Source of the DNA: Phycisphaera mikurensis
GTDB taxonomy: Bacteria > Planctomycetota > B15-G4 > JADJEK01
DNA: 46,069 nt
Assembly: GCA_020723465.1 (NCBI GenBank)
Contig: DYIW01000007.1
Location: 1-46,069 of the forward strand
Direction of reading: 5' to 3'
Numbering within the stretch: the stretch's first letter is position 1; every line of letters begins with the position of its first letter. Under the pieces are notes generated by a model that made no database searches, was not told where the DNA came from, and saw only the letters and a program-made list of their open reading frames with translations. Below, piece after piece: positions 15,142 to 23,400 of the stretch. Both the position numbers and the translations under genes were made by a program.

Positions 15142-17898
15142 ATGGAACCCTGGTACAAGGTGGCGACGCCGCGCAAGGAGGTCCGCGAGGGCCGCTCCTT
15201 CAACCCGGACGAGTTTGCCATCGCCCTCGAGCAAGTGAAGGCGGGAACGGCGCCCGAGGACTACCGCGAGCCCAAGCAGTTCTTCGCCAGGACCTGCTTC
15301 ACGCGGGCGCTCCGCGAGCACGCGGGCATGGTGCTGCGCAGGCTCAGCGGCCGGACCGAGAACACCGCGCCGGTGCTGACCCTCATCACGCAGTTCGGCG
15401 GCGGCAAGACGCACACCTTGACGGCGCTCTACCACCTGGCGAATCAGGGCGACGCGGTCTCCGGCGACCCCGGGGTGGCTGCGCTCTTGCGCGAGGCCGA
15501 CCTGGCAACCGTCCCGAAGGCGAAGGTGGCGGTGTTCGTGGGCAACGCCTGGGATCCGCGCGACGGCCGCGAGACGCCCTGGATCGACGTCGCGCGCCAG
15601 CTCGCCGAAGACAAGGGCGTGGATGCACTGGGGCCTTCGGCGAAGACCACGCCTCCGGGCACCGAGGCGATCGCGCGCGTCTTCCAGGCGGCCGATGCGC
15701 CCGTCCTGCTGCTTTTCGACGAGGTGCTGAACTACCTCAACCGGCACCGCAAGAGCGCTGATTCGTTCCACGCCTTCATCCAGAACCTGACGGTCGCCAC
15801 CACCGGCACGACCCACGGCGCGTGCGTGGTCAGCCTGCCGCGCAGCCAGGTGGAGATGACCGAGTGGGACCAGGAGTGGCAGGACCGGATCTCCAAGGTG
15901 GTGCGGCGCGTGGCCAAGGACCTGATCGCCAACGACGAGACTGAAATCAGCGAGGTGGTGCGGCGGCGGCTGTTCCAGGACCTGGGCAGCGAGAAGGTCC
16001 GCCGCAACGTGGCGCGGCAATTCGGCGACTGGTGCTTCGAGCGGCGCGCGCAGCTTCCGCCGGAGTGGACCGCGGTGGACTCGGCGGCGACCGAGGCCAA
16101 GGCGCGCGAGTTCCTGCAGCGCCGCTTCGAGGCCTGCTACCCGTTCCATCCGGCGACGCTGTCGGTCTTCCAGCGCAAGTGGCAGTCGCTGCCGCAGTAC
16201 CAGCAGACGCGCGGGACGCTGGCGATGCTGGCGCAGTGGGTCTCGCTGGCCGCGCAGGACGCGTTCACGAAGGCGCGCACCGAGCCGCTGATCACGCTCG
16301 GCTCGGCGCCGCTCGGCGAGCCGGGCTTTCGCAGCGTGGTGCTCGGGCAGCTCGGCGAGTCGCGGCTCATCGCGGCGATCGACACGGACATCGCCGGCGA
16401 ACAGGCCCACGCTCGCGCGCTCGACGCCGACAGCAAGGGGCCGCTCCGCGACATCCACCGGCGGGTCGGCAGCACGATCCTGTTCGAGTCGTCCGGCGGC
16501 CAGACGGCGAAGGTGGCGCACCTGCCGGAGCTGCGCTTCGCGCTGGGCGAGCCCGAGATGGACACGACTTCGATCGACAGCGCTGCGCTCGCCCTCGAGG
16601 AACGCTCCTACTTCGTGCGCAAGGCGGGAACCGACGGCTTCCGCATCGGCTACCAGCCGACGATGAAGAAGGTGGTGAGCGACCGGCGGGCGTCGCTCGA
16701 CGACGAGACGGAGATCAAGCCGGCGCTGCGCAAGCTGGTGGAGGACGAGTTTCGCCGGGGCGCGAGCATCCCGGTGGTGCCTTTCCCCAGCGAGGGCGCC
16801 GAGATCCCGGATACGCCGAGGCTCACGCTGGTGGTGGCCGATCCGGAGCGGGAGTGGTCCGGCGCGGGCCCGCTGCGCCAGGAGATTGCCGGCTGGACGA
16901 GGAGCCGCGGGAGGTCGCCACGGCTCTATCCCGGCGCGCTCGTGTGGTGCCTGAAGAAGCCGGGCCGGGACCTGCGCGAGAAGGTCGAGCTCGCGCTCGC
17001 CTGGAGGCGGGTCTCGCGCGAGGTGGCGGACGGCACGCTTGGCGGCGAGTTCGACCGGAACGACCGGGCAGAGCTGCAGGCGAAGCTCAAGGACGCCGAG
17101 CAGGGCGCCAAGGACGAGGTCTGGGGCGACTACCGCTTCGCGCTGCTCGCGGACGCCCAGGAGCCGGATGGCCTGAAGGTCATCGACCTGGGCGCGGGGC
17201 ACTCCTCCAGCGGCGAGACCCTGTGCGGGCGCGTCATCGCGGCGCTCAAGTCCGAGGCGCTGCTCAACGAGTCCGCCGGCGCCGGGTACCTCGAGCGCAA
17301 CTGGCCGCCGGCGCTGAAGGAGTCGGGCGCCTGGCCGCTCGCGAGCCTGCGGCAGAGCTTCCTCAACGGAGCCCTGACGCGGCTTGTCGATCCCGATGCC
17401 ACTCTCAAGTCCAAGATCGTGGAGTTCGTCACGCGTGGCGAGTTCGGCCTGGCTTCGGGCAAGAAGGCGGACGGCAGCTACGAGCGCACGTGGTTCCAGG
17501 AACTTGTTGCTACTGACGAGGTCGCCTTCGAGTCGGACGTCTTCTTGCTCAGGAAGTCGAAGGCGGAGGCCCTGAAGGCAGAGAAGCCGGCGAAGCCCGC
17601 GCCGCCTCTACCGCCTGGGGCCGTTCCCACGCCGCCGGTCGGGCCGGGTCCCACGCCTGTGATCCAGCCAAAGCCGGTGGCGGCGACGCGGACGCTGCGC
17701 CTCTCGGGCAGCGTCCCGCCTGAGATCTGGAACCGCCTCGGCACCAAGATCCTGCCCAAGCTGCGCTCGGGCACGGATCTCAGGATCGGGGTGGAGCTCG
17801 TGGTCACCGTGCCCGAAGGCTCCGCCAGCGGGCTCGCAGACGAGCTTCGGCAGATTCTGCAGGAGCTTGGCCTCGGCCAGGCCGTGTCGATCCAGTGA
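15142..17898 (+). CDS. DUF499-type (COG1483-like) P-loop ATPase.
   Basis: The characteristic N-terminus is MEPWYKVATPRKEVREGRSFNPDEFAIALEQV. Walker A is TQFGGGKTHTL and Walker B is VLLLFDEV. RBS GGAGG lies 6 nt upstream. Confidence 0.9.
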   Translation: MEPWYKVATPRKEVREGRSFNPDEFAIALEQVKAGTAPEDYREPKQFFARTCFTRALREHAGMVLRRLSGRTENTAPVLTLITQFGGGKTHTLTALYHLANQGDAVSGDPGVAALLREADLATVPKAKVAVFVGNAWDPRDGRETPWIDVARQLAEDKGVDALGPSAKTTPPGTEAIARVFQAADAPVLLLFDEVLNYLNRHRKSADSFHAFIQNLTVATTGTTHGACVVSLPRSQVEMTEWDQEWQDRISKVVRRVAKDLIANDETEISEVVRRRLFQDLGSEKVRRNVARQFGDWCFERRAQLPPEWTAVDSAATEAKAREFLQRRFEACYPFHPATLSVFQRKWQSLPQYQQTRGTLAMLAQWVSLAAQDAFTKARTEPLITLGSAPLGEPGFRSVVLGQLGESRLIAAIDTDIAGEQAHARALDADSKGPLRDIHRRVGSTILFESSGGQTAKVAHLPELRFALGEPEMDTTSIDSAALALEERSYFVRKAGTDGFRIGYQPTMKKVVSDRRASLDDETEIKPALRKLVEDEFRRGASIPVVPFPSEGAEIPDTPRLTLVVADPEREWSGAGPLRQEIAGWTRSRGRSPRLYPGALVWCLKKPGRDLREKVELALAWRRVSREVADGTLGGEFDRNDRAELQAKLKDAEQGAKDEVWGDYRFALLADAQEPDGLKVIDLGAGHSSSGETLCGRVIAALKSEALLNESAGAGYLERNWPPALKESGAWPLASLRQSFLNGALTRLVDPDATLKSKIVEFVTRGEFGLASGKKADGSYERTWFQELVATDEVAFESDVFLLRKSKAEALKAEKPAKPAPPLPPGAVPTPPVGPGPTPVIQPKPVAATRTLRLSGSVPPEIWNRLGTKILPKLRSGTDLRIGVELVVTVPEGSASGLADELRQILQELGLGQAVSIQ

Positions 17899-17985
17899 GG
17901 CGGCCAGCGCGGCACGCTTCCGCTGGCGCGGTGCCTGCGGCGAAGGGGTGTTCCACGGTCTCGGAGAAGACGGTAGAATGAGGAC

Positions 17986-18174
17986 ATGATTGAGAAGGTC
18001 ATCGAGAGGCACGAGTTGGGTGATTCTGCCGCCACGCGGCGAGATCTGGCGTATTGGCTGGGCCGATCGGCCGCCGAGCGCCTGGCCGCGGTCGAGGCGC
18101 TGAGGAGATTGGTGCGTGGAAGTTCAGCCAGACTTCAGAGAACTGCTCGCGTTGTTCAACAAGCACGGGGTTGA
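17986..18174 (+). CDS. Small hypothetical ORF of 62 aa overlapping the next gene by 59 nt. It may be an antitoxin-like partner or the frameshifted N-terminal part of that gene.
   Basis: ATG start and non-shadow composition (MIEKVIERHELGDSAATRRDLAYWLGRSAAERLAAVEALRR). Coding status is uncertain. Confidence 0.35.
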   Translation: MIEKVIERHELGDSAATRRDLAYWLGRSAAERLAAVEALRRLVRGSSARLQRTARVVQQARG

Positions 18175-18562
18175 GTATCTGATTGTCGGAGGCTATGCCC
18201 TCGCCTTTCACGGAGCCCCGCGGTTCACGGGAGACATTGACCTTTTCGTGCGCCCGGACGTCCAGAATGCATCCCGCGTGGTCGGTGCGCTGAGCGAGTT
18301 CGGGTTCGGCTCTCTCGGCCTCACGACCAGCGACTTCACGGCAGCGGAGAAGATCATACAATTGGGTAGGCCGCCGGTCCGGGTCGACCTTCTCACGTCT
18401 CTGACGGGCGTCTCGTGGGAGCAGGCGGCCGCCTCAAGGGTGCACGGAAGCTATGGGGACATCTCGGTACACTTCATCGGCAGAAATCAGTTCATCGCGA
18501 ACAAGCGCGCGACGGGACGGCGGAAAGACCTCGCAGACATCGAGGCTCTCGGGGAGGAGTAG
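18116..18562 (+). CDS. Minimal nucleotidyltransferase-fold protein (MNT / DUF6036-like, toxin-antitoxin-associated family).
   Basis: VEYLIVGGYALAFHGAPRFTGDIDLFV matches the GG-x(n)-DxD pol-beta NTase motif. GTG start is preceded by GAGGAG. Confidence 0.7.
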   Translation: MEVQPDFRELLALFNKHGVEYLIVGGYALAFHGAPRFTGDIDLFVRPDVQNASRVVGALSEFGFGSLGLTTSDFTAAEKIIQLGRPPVRVDLLTSLTGVSWEQAAASRVHGSYGDISVHFIGRNQFIANKRATGRRKDLADIEALGEE

Positions 18563-18566
18563 TGCT

Positions 18567-18586
18567 GCGCCGCCGCGAGGCGGCGC
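18567..18586 (+). terminator. GC-rich hairpin just after the NTase stop. It is a possible terminator but has no U-tract.
   Basis: GCGCCGCC-GCGA-GGCGGCGC is a perfect 8-bp stem with a tetraloop, 5 nt after TAG 18560-62. Confidence 0.3.
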
Positions 18587-18671
18587 CGTGGCAGACGGCG
18601 TCGCGCTGTGGGCGCGGGGCGGCGCGCCAGATCCAGGGAGCGGCGGCTACGATGGCGGCGGAGGTGAAGCC

Positions 18672-19772
18672 ATGAAGCACAGGGCGGTGCTGTTGCTCGC
18701 TCTCGGGGCCTGCTCGCTGGGGAGGCAGAGCGGCAGCGGGGAGGCGCCGTGGGTCGGCGAGGGCGGGCAGCAAGGGTACGTGTGCCGCCGCGCGGCGAGT
18801 GCGCCGCGGATCGACGGCAGGCTGGACGACGCCTGCTGGCAGGCCGCGGCCTTCACGCGGGACTTCGCCGACATCCAGGGCGAGGACCTCCCCGCTCCGT
18901 ACCTCGCCACGCGCGCCAAGCTGCTCTGGGACGACCGCTGCTTGTACGTGGGCGCGGACCTCGAGGAGCCGCACGTGTGGGCGACGCTGACCGAGCGCGA
19001 CGCGGTCATCTTCCACGACAACGACTTCGAGGTGTTCATCGATCCGGACGGCGACACGCACCGCTACGTCGAGCTGGAACTGAACGCGCTCGGCACCGAG
19101 TGGGACCTGCTGCTCGCGAAGCCGTACCGCGACGGCGGCCCGGCCATCGACTCGTTCGACCTCGCTGGGCTCGAGTCCGCGGTCTTCGTGGACGGCACGC
19201 TGAACGACCCGCAGGACACGGACCGCGGCTGGAGCGTGGAGATCGCCATCCCCTGGCAGGCGCTCGCGGACGTCGCGGGCCGCCCAGCGCCGCCCGCGCC
19301 CGGCGACACCTGGTGGGTGGACTTCTCGCGCGTGGAGTGGCGCGTCCGCATCGAGGACGGCCGCTACGTCAAGGAGACCGACCCCGCGACGGACAAGCCG
19401 CTCCCCGAGGACAACTGGGTCTGGTCCGCGCCCGGCGTGGTGGACATGCACCGTCCCGAATCCTGGGGCCTGGTGCGCTTCTCGGCGCTCAGCGCGGGAG
19501 AGGGCGAAGAGGAGTTCGTTCCGCCGGACGACCTCGCGGCGCGCGCCCTGCTGCGGCGCATCTACGACGCGCAGCGGCTCTCCTACGAGAAGAGCGGTTT
19601 CTACGCGCTCAGCGTGGCCGCGCTCGGCATCGATGACCCGGGCCTCGCGGGATGGCGCTGGCCGCCGGGCATGTGGCGCACGCCGTCCCTGTTCGAGGCG
19701 GTGTTCGTGAACGAAGGGGGCGGCCGCCTGCACATCACCCAGGACGGGCGCCTCTGGCAGGTCGCGGAGTGA
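18672..19772 (+). CDS. Lipoprotein with a carbohydrate-binding family 9 (CBM9/DOMON-like) domain.
   Basis: MKHRAVLLLALGAC is a lipobox. IDGRLDDACWQAA...LWDDRCLYVGADLEEPHVWATLTERDAVIFHDNDFEVFIDPDGD...YVELELNALGTEWDLLL is the CBM9-like pattern. Confidence 0.7.
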   Translation: MKHRAVLLLALGACSLGRQSGSGEAPWVGEGGQQGYVCRRAASAPRIDGRLDDACWQAAAFTRDFADIQGEDLPAPYLATRAKLLWDDRCLYVGADLEEPHVWATLTERDAVIFHDNDFEVFIDPDGDTHRYVELELNALGTEWDLLLAKPYRDGGPAIDSFDLAGLESAVFVDGTLNDPQDTDRGWSVEIAIPWQALADVAGRPAPPAPGDTWWVDFSRVEWRVRIEDGRYVKETDPATDKPLPEDNWVWSAPGVVDMHRPESWGLVRFSALSAGEGEEEFVPPDDLAARALLRRIYDAQRLSYEKSGFYALSVAALGIDDPGLAGWRWPPGMWRTPSLFEAVFVNEGGGRLHITQDGRLWQVAE

Positions 19773-19776
19773 CGCG

Positions 19777-20745
19777 GTGCTCGAGCGCTTCATCGGCAAC
19801 CCCATCCTCACGCGCGCAGACATCCCGGCCATGCCGCCGCGCCTCGTCGATCCGACCTCGGTCTTCAATCCGGGCGCGATCCACTTCCGCGGCCGCTACC
19901 GACTGTTGCTGCGCGTGCAGGCGCGCTCGCGCGAGACCTTCCTCGTCCCGGCCGAGAGCGAGGACGGCGTGCGCTTCACGGTCGCGCCGCGCTGTGTGGA
20001 GCTGCCCGGGCTGGAGCGGGCCGGCCGGCCCGTCTACCACGTCTACGACCCGCGCCTCACGCGCCACGGGGACGAGTGCTACGTGCTCTTCGCCGCGGAC
20101 ACGGACGGCGCCTGCCTCACGGGCGTGGCGCGCACGCGTGACTTCGAGGAGTTCGAGCTGGTCGGCATCGACGTTGCGAGCGACACGCGCAACGCCGTGC
20201 TCTTTCCCGAGCAGGTCAACGGCCACTTCCTGCGCCTCGAGCGCCCGAATCGGCCGCAGGGGCCGGGCGAGCCGCCGTCCGGCGACGAGATCGTCCTGGC
20301 CGAATCTGACGACCTGCTCCGCTGGACGCCCCGCGGCGCGGTGCTCCGCGGCCGGCCGCACTACTGGGACGAGCGCATCGGCTCCGGCCCGCCGCCGGTG
20401 AAGACGCGCGCCGGCTGGCTCCTCCTCTATCACGGCGTCGCCACGCACTTCCAGAGCGTGAGCATCTACCAGGCGGGCGCGGCGCTGCTCGACCTCGCCG
20501 ATCCGCGCCGCGTGCTGGCGCGCACCTGGAACAACATCCTGGAGCCGCGCGAGAGCTACGAGCTGATGGGCCAGGTGCCGAACGTGGTCTTCCCGAGCGG
20601 CATGATCGTAGAGGGCTACGACGCCGAGGGCTTCGCCCTGCCGGACGCGCGCGTGCTCGTCTACTACGGCGCCGCGGACACCTGCGTGGGCCTGGCCACG
20701 AGCACGGTGGAGCGGCTCGTCTCCGCCTGCCGGGAGGGCGCGTAG
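19777..20745 (+). CDS. GH130-family glycoside phosphorylase/hydrolase (beta-mannoside phosphorylase-like).
   Basis: NPILTRADIP....VFNPGAI...YRLLLRVQ, DPRLT, WDERIGSGPPPVKTRAGWLLLYHGV and VVFPSG...YYGAADTCVGLA are typical GH130/DUF377 blocks. The start is GTG. Confidence 0.85.
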   Translation: MLERFIGNPILTRADIPAMPPRLVDPTSVFNPGAIHFRGRYRLLLRVQARSRETFLVPAESEDGVRFTVAPRCVELPGLERAGRPVYHVYDPRLTRHGDECYVLFAADTDGACLTGVARTRDFEEFELVGIDVASDTRNAVLFPEQVNGHFLRLERPNRPQGPGEPPSGDEIVLAESDDLLRWTPRGAVLRGRPHYWDERIGSGPPPVKTRAGWLLLYHGVATHFQSVSIYQAGAALLDLADPRRVLARTWNNILEPRESYELMGQVPNVVFPSGMIVEGYDAEGFALPDARVLVYYGAADTCVGLATSTVERLVSACREGA

Positions 20746-20763
20746 CGAAGAGGCGCGGCGCTG

Positions 20764-21306
20764 CTATTCCGCCGCCGGCGCGCCCTCGTCCACGTCGTCG
20801 GGAACGTCGTCCAGTCCCTCCAGGCCTTCCAGGCCCACGCCCATCAGGTAGCCGCGGGCGCGCTCGGTAAGGGGGTAGCGGTTGACGAGCTGCCAGAAGG
20901 CCGGGCCGTGGCCAGAAACGCGCAGGTGCGCCAGTTCGTGCAGGACGACGTACTCCAGCACGAACGCGGGCATGGAGACCACGCGGTGCGAGATGCGGAT
21001 CGTGCCGCGGCCCGGCGTGCAGCTCCCGTAGCGCCGCACCTGCTGCGTGGTCCACGCGATCGACGCCCAGCGCAGCTCGCCGCCGAAGTAGCTGGCGTTC
21101 AGCCGCGCCGCCAGGTCCTCGAGCAGCCGATCGTCGAGCCGCGCGCGCTCCCGCCGCAGGCCGATGCGCTGCTCGAGACGGGCGATGATGGGCGTGAGCT
21201 CGGCGTCGCTCATGTGCGAGGGCGCGGAGACCTCCAGCACGCCGTTCACCACGCGCGCGCACACGCTCTTCGTGCGTCTCGTGCTGCGCGTGACGCGCAC
21301 TTCCAT
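20764..21306 (-). CDS. YgjP/DUF45-like M48-family zinc metallopeptidase.
   Basis: Has HELAHL (HExxH) and WTTQQVRRYGSCTPGRGTIRISHRV. The start is placed at MEVRVTR. The longer track ORF to 22065 is a shadow. Confidence 0.8.
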   Translation of the reverse strand: MEVRVTRSTRRTKSVCARVVNGVLEVSAPSHMSDAELTPIIARLEQRIGLRRERARLDDRLLEDLAARLNASYFGGELRWASIAWTTQQVRRYGSCTPGRGTIRISHRVVSMPAFVLEYVVLHELAHLRVSGHGPAFWQLVNRYPLTERARGYLMGVGLEGLEGLDDVPDDVDEGAPAAE

Positions 21307-21411
21307 GAGCTGCTCCCGCGCGCCGCCCCCCGCGGCCGGCGCGGCATGGTAGCATCCCCGCCCGGTCCGTGCGCGTTTCCCCGTGATCCCCGTACCTCTG
21401 GATGAGCGACC

Positions 21412-22518
21412 GTGAAGAAGGCAACAGCGGCCGACGCGGCAGCCGCGGTGCGGTGCTTCGAGATCGACGGCGAGCTGGTGCAGGTCGCGCCCTACGAGCG
21501 CGGCCACATCCACCACACCTTCATCTCGGTGTGGCGGCAGCCGTACGGCGTGCGCCGCTACCTGCACCAGCGCATGAACGACACGGTGTTCCGGGACGTC
21601 GCCGGGCTGATGACGAACATCGAGCGCGTCACCGAGCACGTGCGCAAGAAGATCGCGGCCGAGGGCAGCACCTGGTTCCGCACCCTGCGCTTGGTGCCGG
21701 CGCGCGGCGGCGGCACCTCCTTCGCGCACTCGAGCGGCCCGTGGCGCACCTACCGCTTCATCGAGAACACCGAGAGCTTCGACCAGTGCCGGGACGAGGA
21801 GCAGGCGCACGAGACCGCGCTCGCCTTCGGCCGCTTCCAGCGCTGGCTCGCCGATCTCGACGTGGGGCATCTCGGCGAGACCATCCCGCTCTTCTTCAGC
21901 ACGCCGCACCGCCTGCGTCAATTCGAAGAGGCGCTGGCGCGGGACGCCGCCGGCCGCGCGAGCGCCGCCCGCGCCGAGATCGAGTTTGCGCGCGCGCGCG
22001 CCGCCATGGCCGGCGTGATCGAGGAGCACCTGGCCGCGGGCCGCTTCCCGCGGCGCGTGGTGCACGGCGACACCAAGCTCAACAACGTCCTCTTCGACCG
22101 CGACTCGGGCCGGGCCGTGGCCATCGTCGACCTCGACACGTGCATGCCGGCCTACTCGCTCTACGACTTCGGCGACCTGGTGCGCTTCACCGCGGCCACC
22201 TCGGCCGAGGACGAGACCGACTTGGAGCGCGCCGGCATGGACCTCGGCCTCTACCGTGCGCTGGTCGAGGGCTACCTGGAGGGAGCGGGGGACTTCCTTA
22301 CTGCGCAGGAGGTCGAGCTCATGCCCTTCAGCGCGCGGCTCGTGACCTTCACCATCGGCCTGCGCTTCCTCGCCGACTTCCTCGCCGGCGACGTCTACTT
22401 CAACACCACGCGGCCCGGGCAGAACCTGGACCGCGCGCGCGTGCAGTTCCGCATGGTGCGCGAGATGGAAGAGCGGGAGCCGGAGATGGCCGCGCTCAGC
22501 GCTCGGCGCCGGAGCTGA
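21412..22518 (+). CDS. nahK: N-acetylhexosamine 1-kinase-like (NahK family, APH-fold) sugar kinase.
   Basis: Collinear with my recollection of Bifidobacterium NahK: GHIHHTF, WRTYRFIE, VVHGDTKLNNVLFD, AIVDLDTCMP, DFGDLVRF, MPFSARLVTFTIGLRFLADFLAGDVYF. Confidence 0.8.
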   Translation: MKKATAADAAAAVRCFEIDGELVQVAPYERGHIHHTFISVWRQPYGVRRYLHQRMNDTVFRDVAGLMTNIERVTEHVRKKIAAEGSTWFRTLRLVPARGGGTSFAHSSGPWRTYRFIENTESFDQCRDEEQAHETALAFGRFQRWLADLDVGHLGETIPLFFSTPHRLRQFEEALARDAAGRASAARAEIEFARARAAMAGVIEEHLAAGRFPRRVVHGDTKLNNVLFDRDSGRAVAIVDLDTCMPAYSLYDFGDLVRFTAATSAEDETDLERAGMDLGLYRALVEGYLEGAGDFLTAQEVELMPFSARLVTFTIGLRFLADFLAGDVYFNTTRPGQNLDRARVQFRMVREMEEREPEMAALSARRRS

Positions 22519-23383
22519 GGTCGATCGCCCGCGAGGTCATGGTGCCGAAGCGGCCCGTGACCTCGGCCACGAGATGGATCGCGCCCGGCCCGGTGGTGTA
22601 GAGGCGCCACACGCCGTCCTCGCGGCGCTCGACGTAGCCCTGCCCCGGCCCGCCCACGATCCACTCCACCGCGCAGGGCCCGCCTCCCGGGTCCTCTGTG
22701 ACGAGGTCGAGGGGGATGATCTCGCCAGCGCGGCACTCGAGCCGCTCGGCCGCGAGGCGCACCTCTGGCCGCGGCAGCGCCGCGTCCGGTTCGAGCGGCG
22801 CCTGCAGGACGATCTTCTCGTCGAGCGTGCGCGCCACGAGCGCCAGGTCAGGACGGGGCGTCTGGCGCGGATCGTCGGCCAGGACGCGCACCGCCACGTT
22901 GGCGCGCGCGAAGGCGATCCAGGACACGGCACCCTCGCCGGCCGCGGACAGTCCGACGTAGCCCGCGTCCCCGACCGGCACGCCCAGGTCGAGCGCGCGC
23001 GGCGCAGGATCGACGGAGGTCAGCCCCGCGAGCCAGGTCAGAAGCAGGCGCTGCGCCTCCGCGACGCTCTCGCACACCACGGCCTCGACCGCGAAGGGCG
23101 GCAGCTCCTCCTCCCCGCCCGCGTAGCGCCGCTCGATGCTGCCGCCGGCCGCGCGCAGCGGCCCGCCGCGATAGCCCGGGAAGTCGATCTCGCCGAGGGG
23201 CAGCCCGGCGCGCCGGGCGCTTTGCGGCCATTCCGCGGGCGCGTACAGCTCGGCCGCGCGCGCGAGCTGCGCGTCGAGGCCGGCCTCCTGCGCCGGCTCC
23301 TGGGCGGGGGCGAACGCCGCGCAGAAGGTCCAGAGAGCGGCCGAGACAAGGATCCCGCTCCAGGTGATTCGGGTGCGCTTCAT
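22496..23383 (-). CDS. Secreted hypothetical protein.
   Basis: The signal peptide is MKRTRITWSGILVSAALWTFCAAFAPAQE. It lies immediately downstream of and co-oriented with 23401..25101. Confidence 0.55.
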   Translation of the reverse strand: MKRTRITWSGILVSAALWTFCAAFAPAQEPAQEAGLDAQLARAAELYAPAEWPQSARRAGLPLGEIDFPGYRGGPLRAAGGSIERRYAGGEEELPPFAVEAVVCESVAEAQRLLLTWLAGLTSVDPAPRALDLGVPVGDAGYVGLSAAGEGAVSWIAFARANVAVRVLADDPRQTPRPDLALVARTLDEKIVLQAPLEPDAALPRPEVRLAAERLECRAGEIIPLDLVTEDPGGGPCAVEWIVGGPGQGYVERREDGVWRLYTTGPGAIHLVAEVTGRFGTMTSRAIDLSSGAER

Positions 23384-23400
23384 GGTCTCGTCCTCGCTTC

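Noticed and set aside
15034-17202. 722-aa minus-strand ORF and the 494-aa off-frame ORF overlapping DUF499. Similar long shadows occur at 6394..7572, 8328..9506, 14102..15130, 20216..21424, 32032..34578, 35859..37124 and 40898..43270.
   Set aside because: They are low-complexity Arg/Pro/Gly translations. Each overlaps a frame with strong family motifs or signal peptides.
17903-17927. Inverted repeat GCCAGCG...CGCTGGC after the DUF499 stop, considered as an operon terminator.
   Set aside because: The stem is only 7 bp with an 11-nt loop and no U-tract. This is not distinguishable from chance in this GC content.
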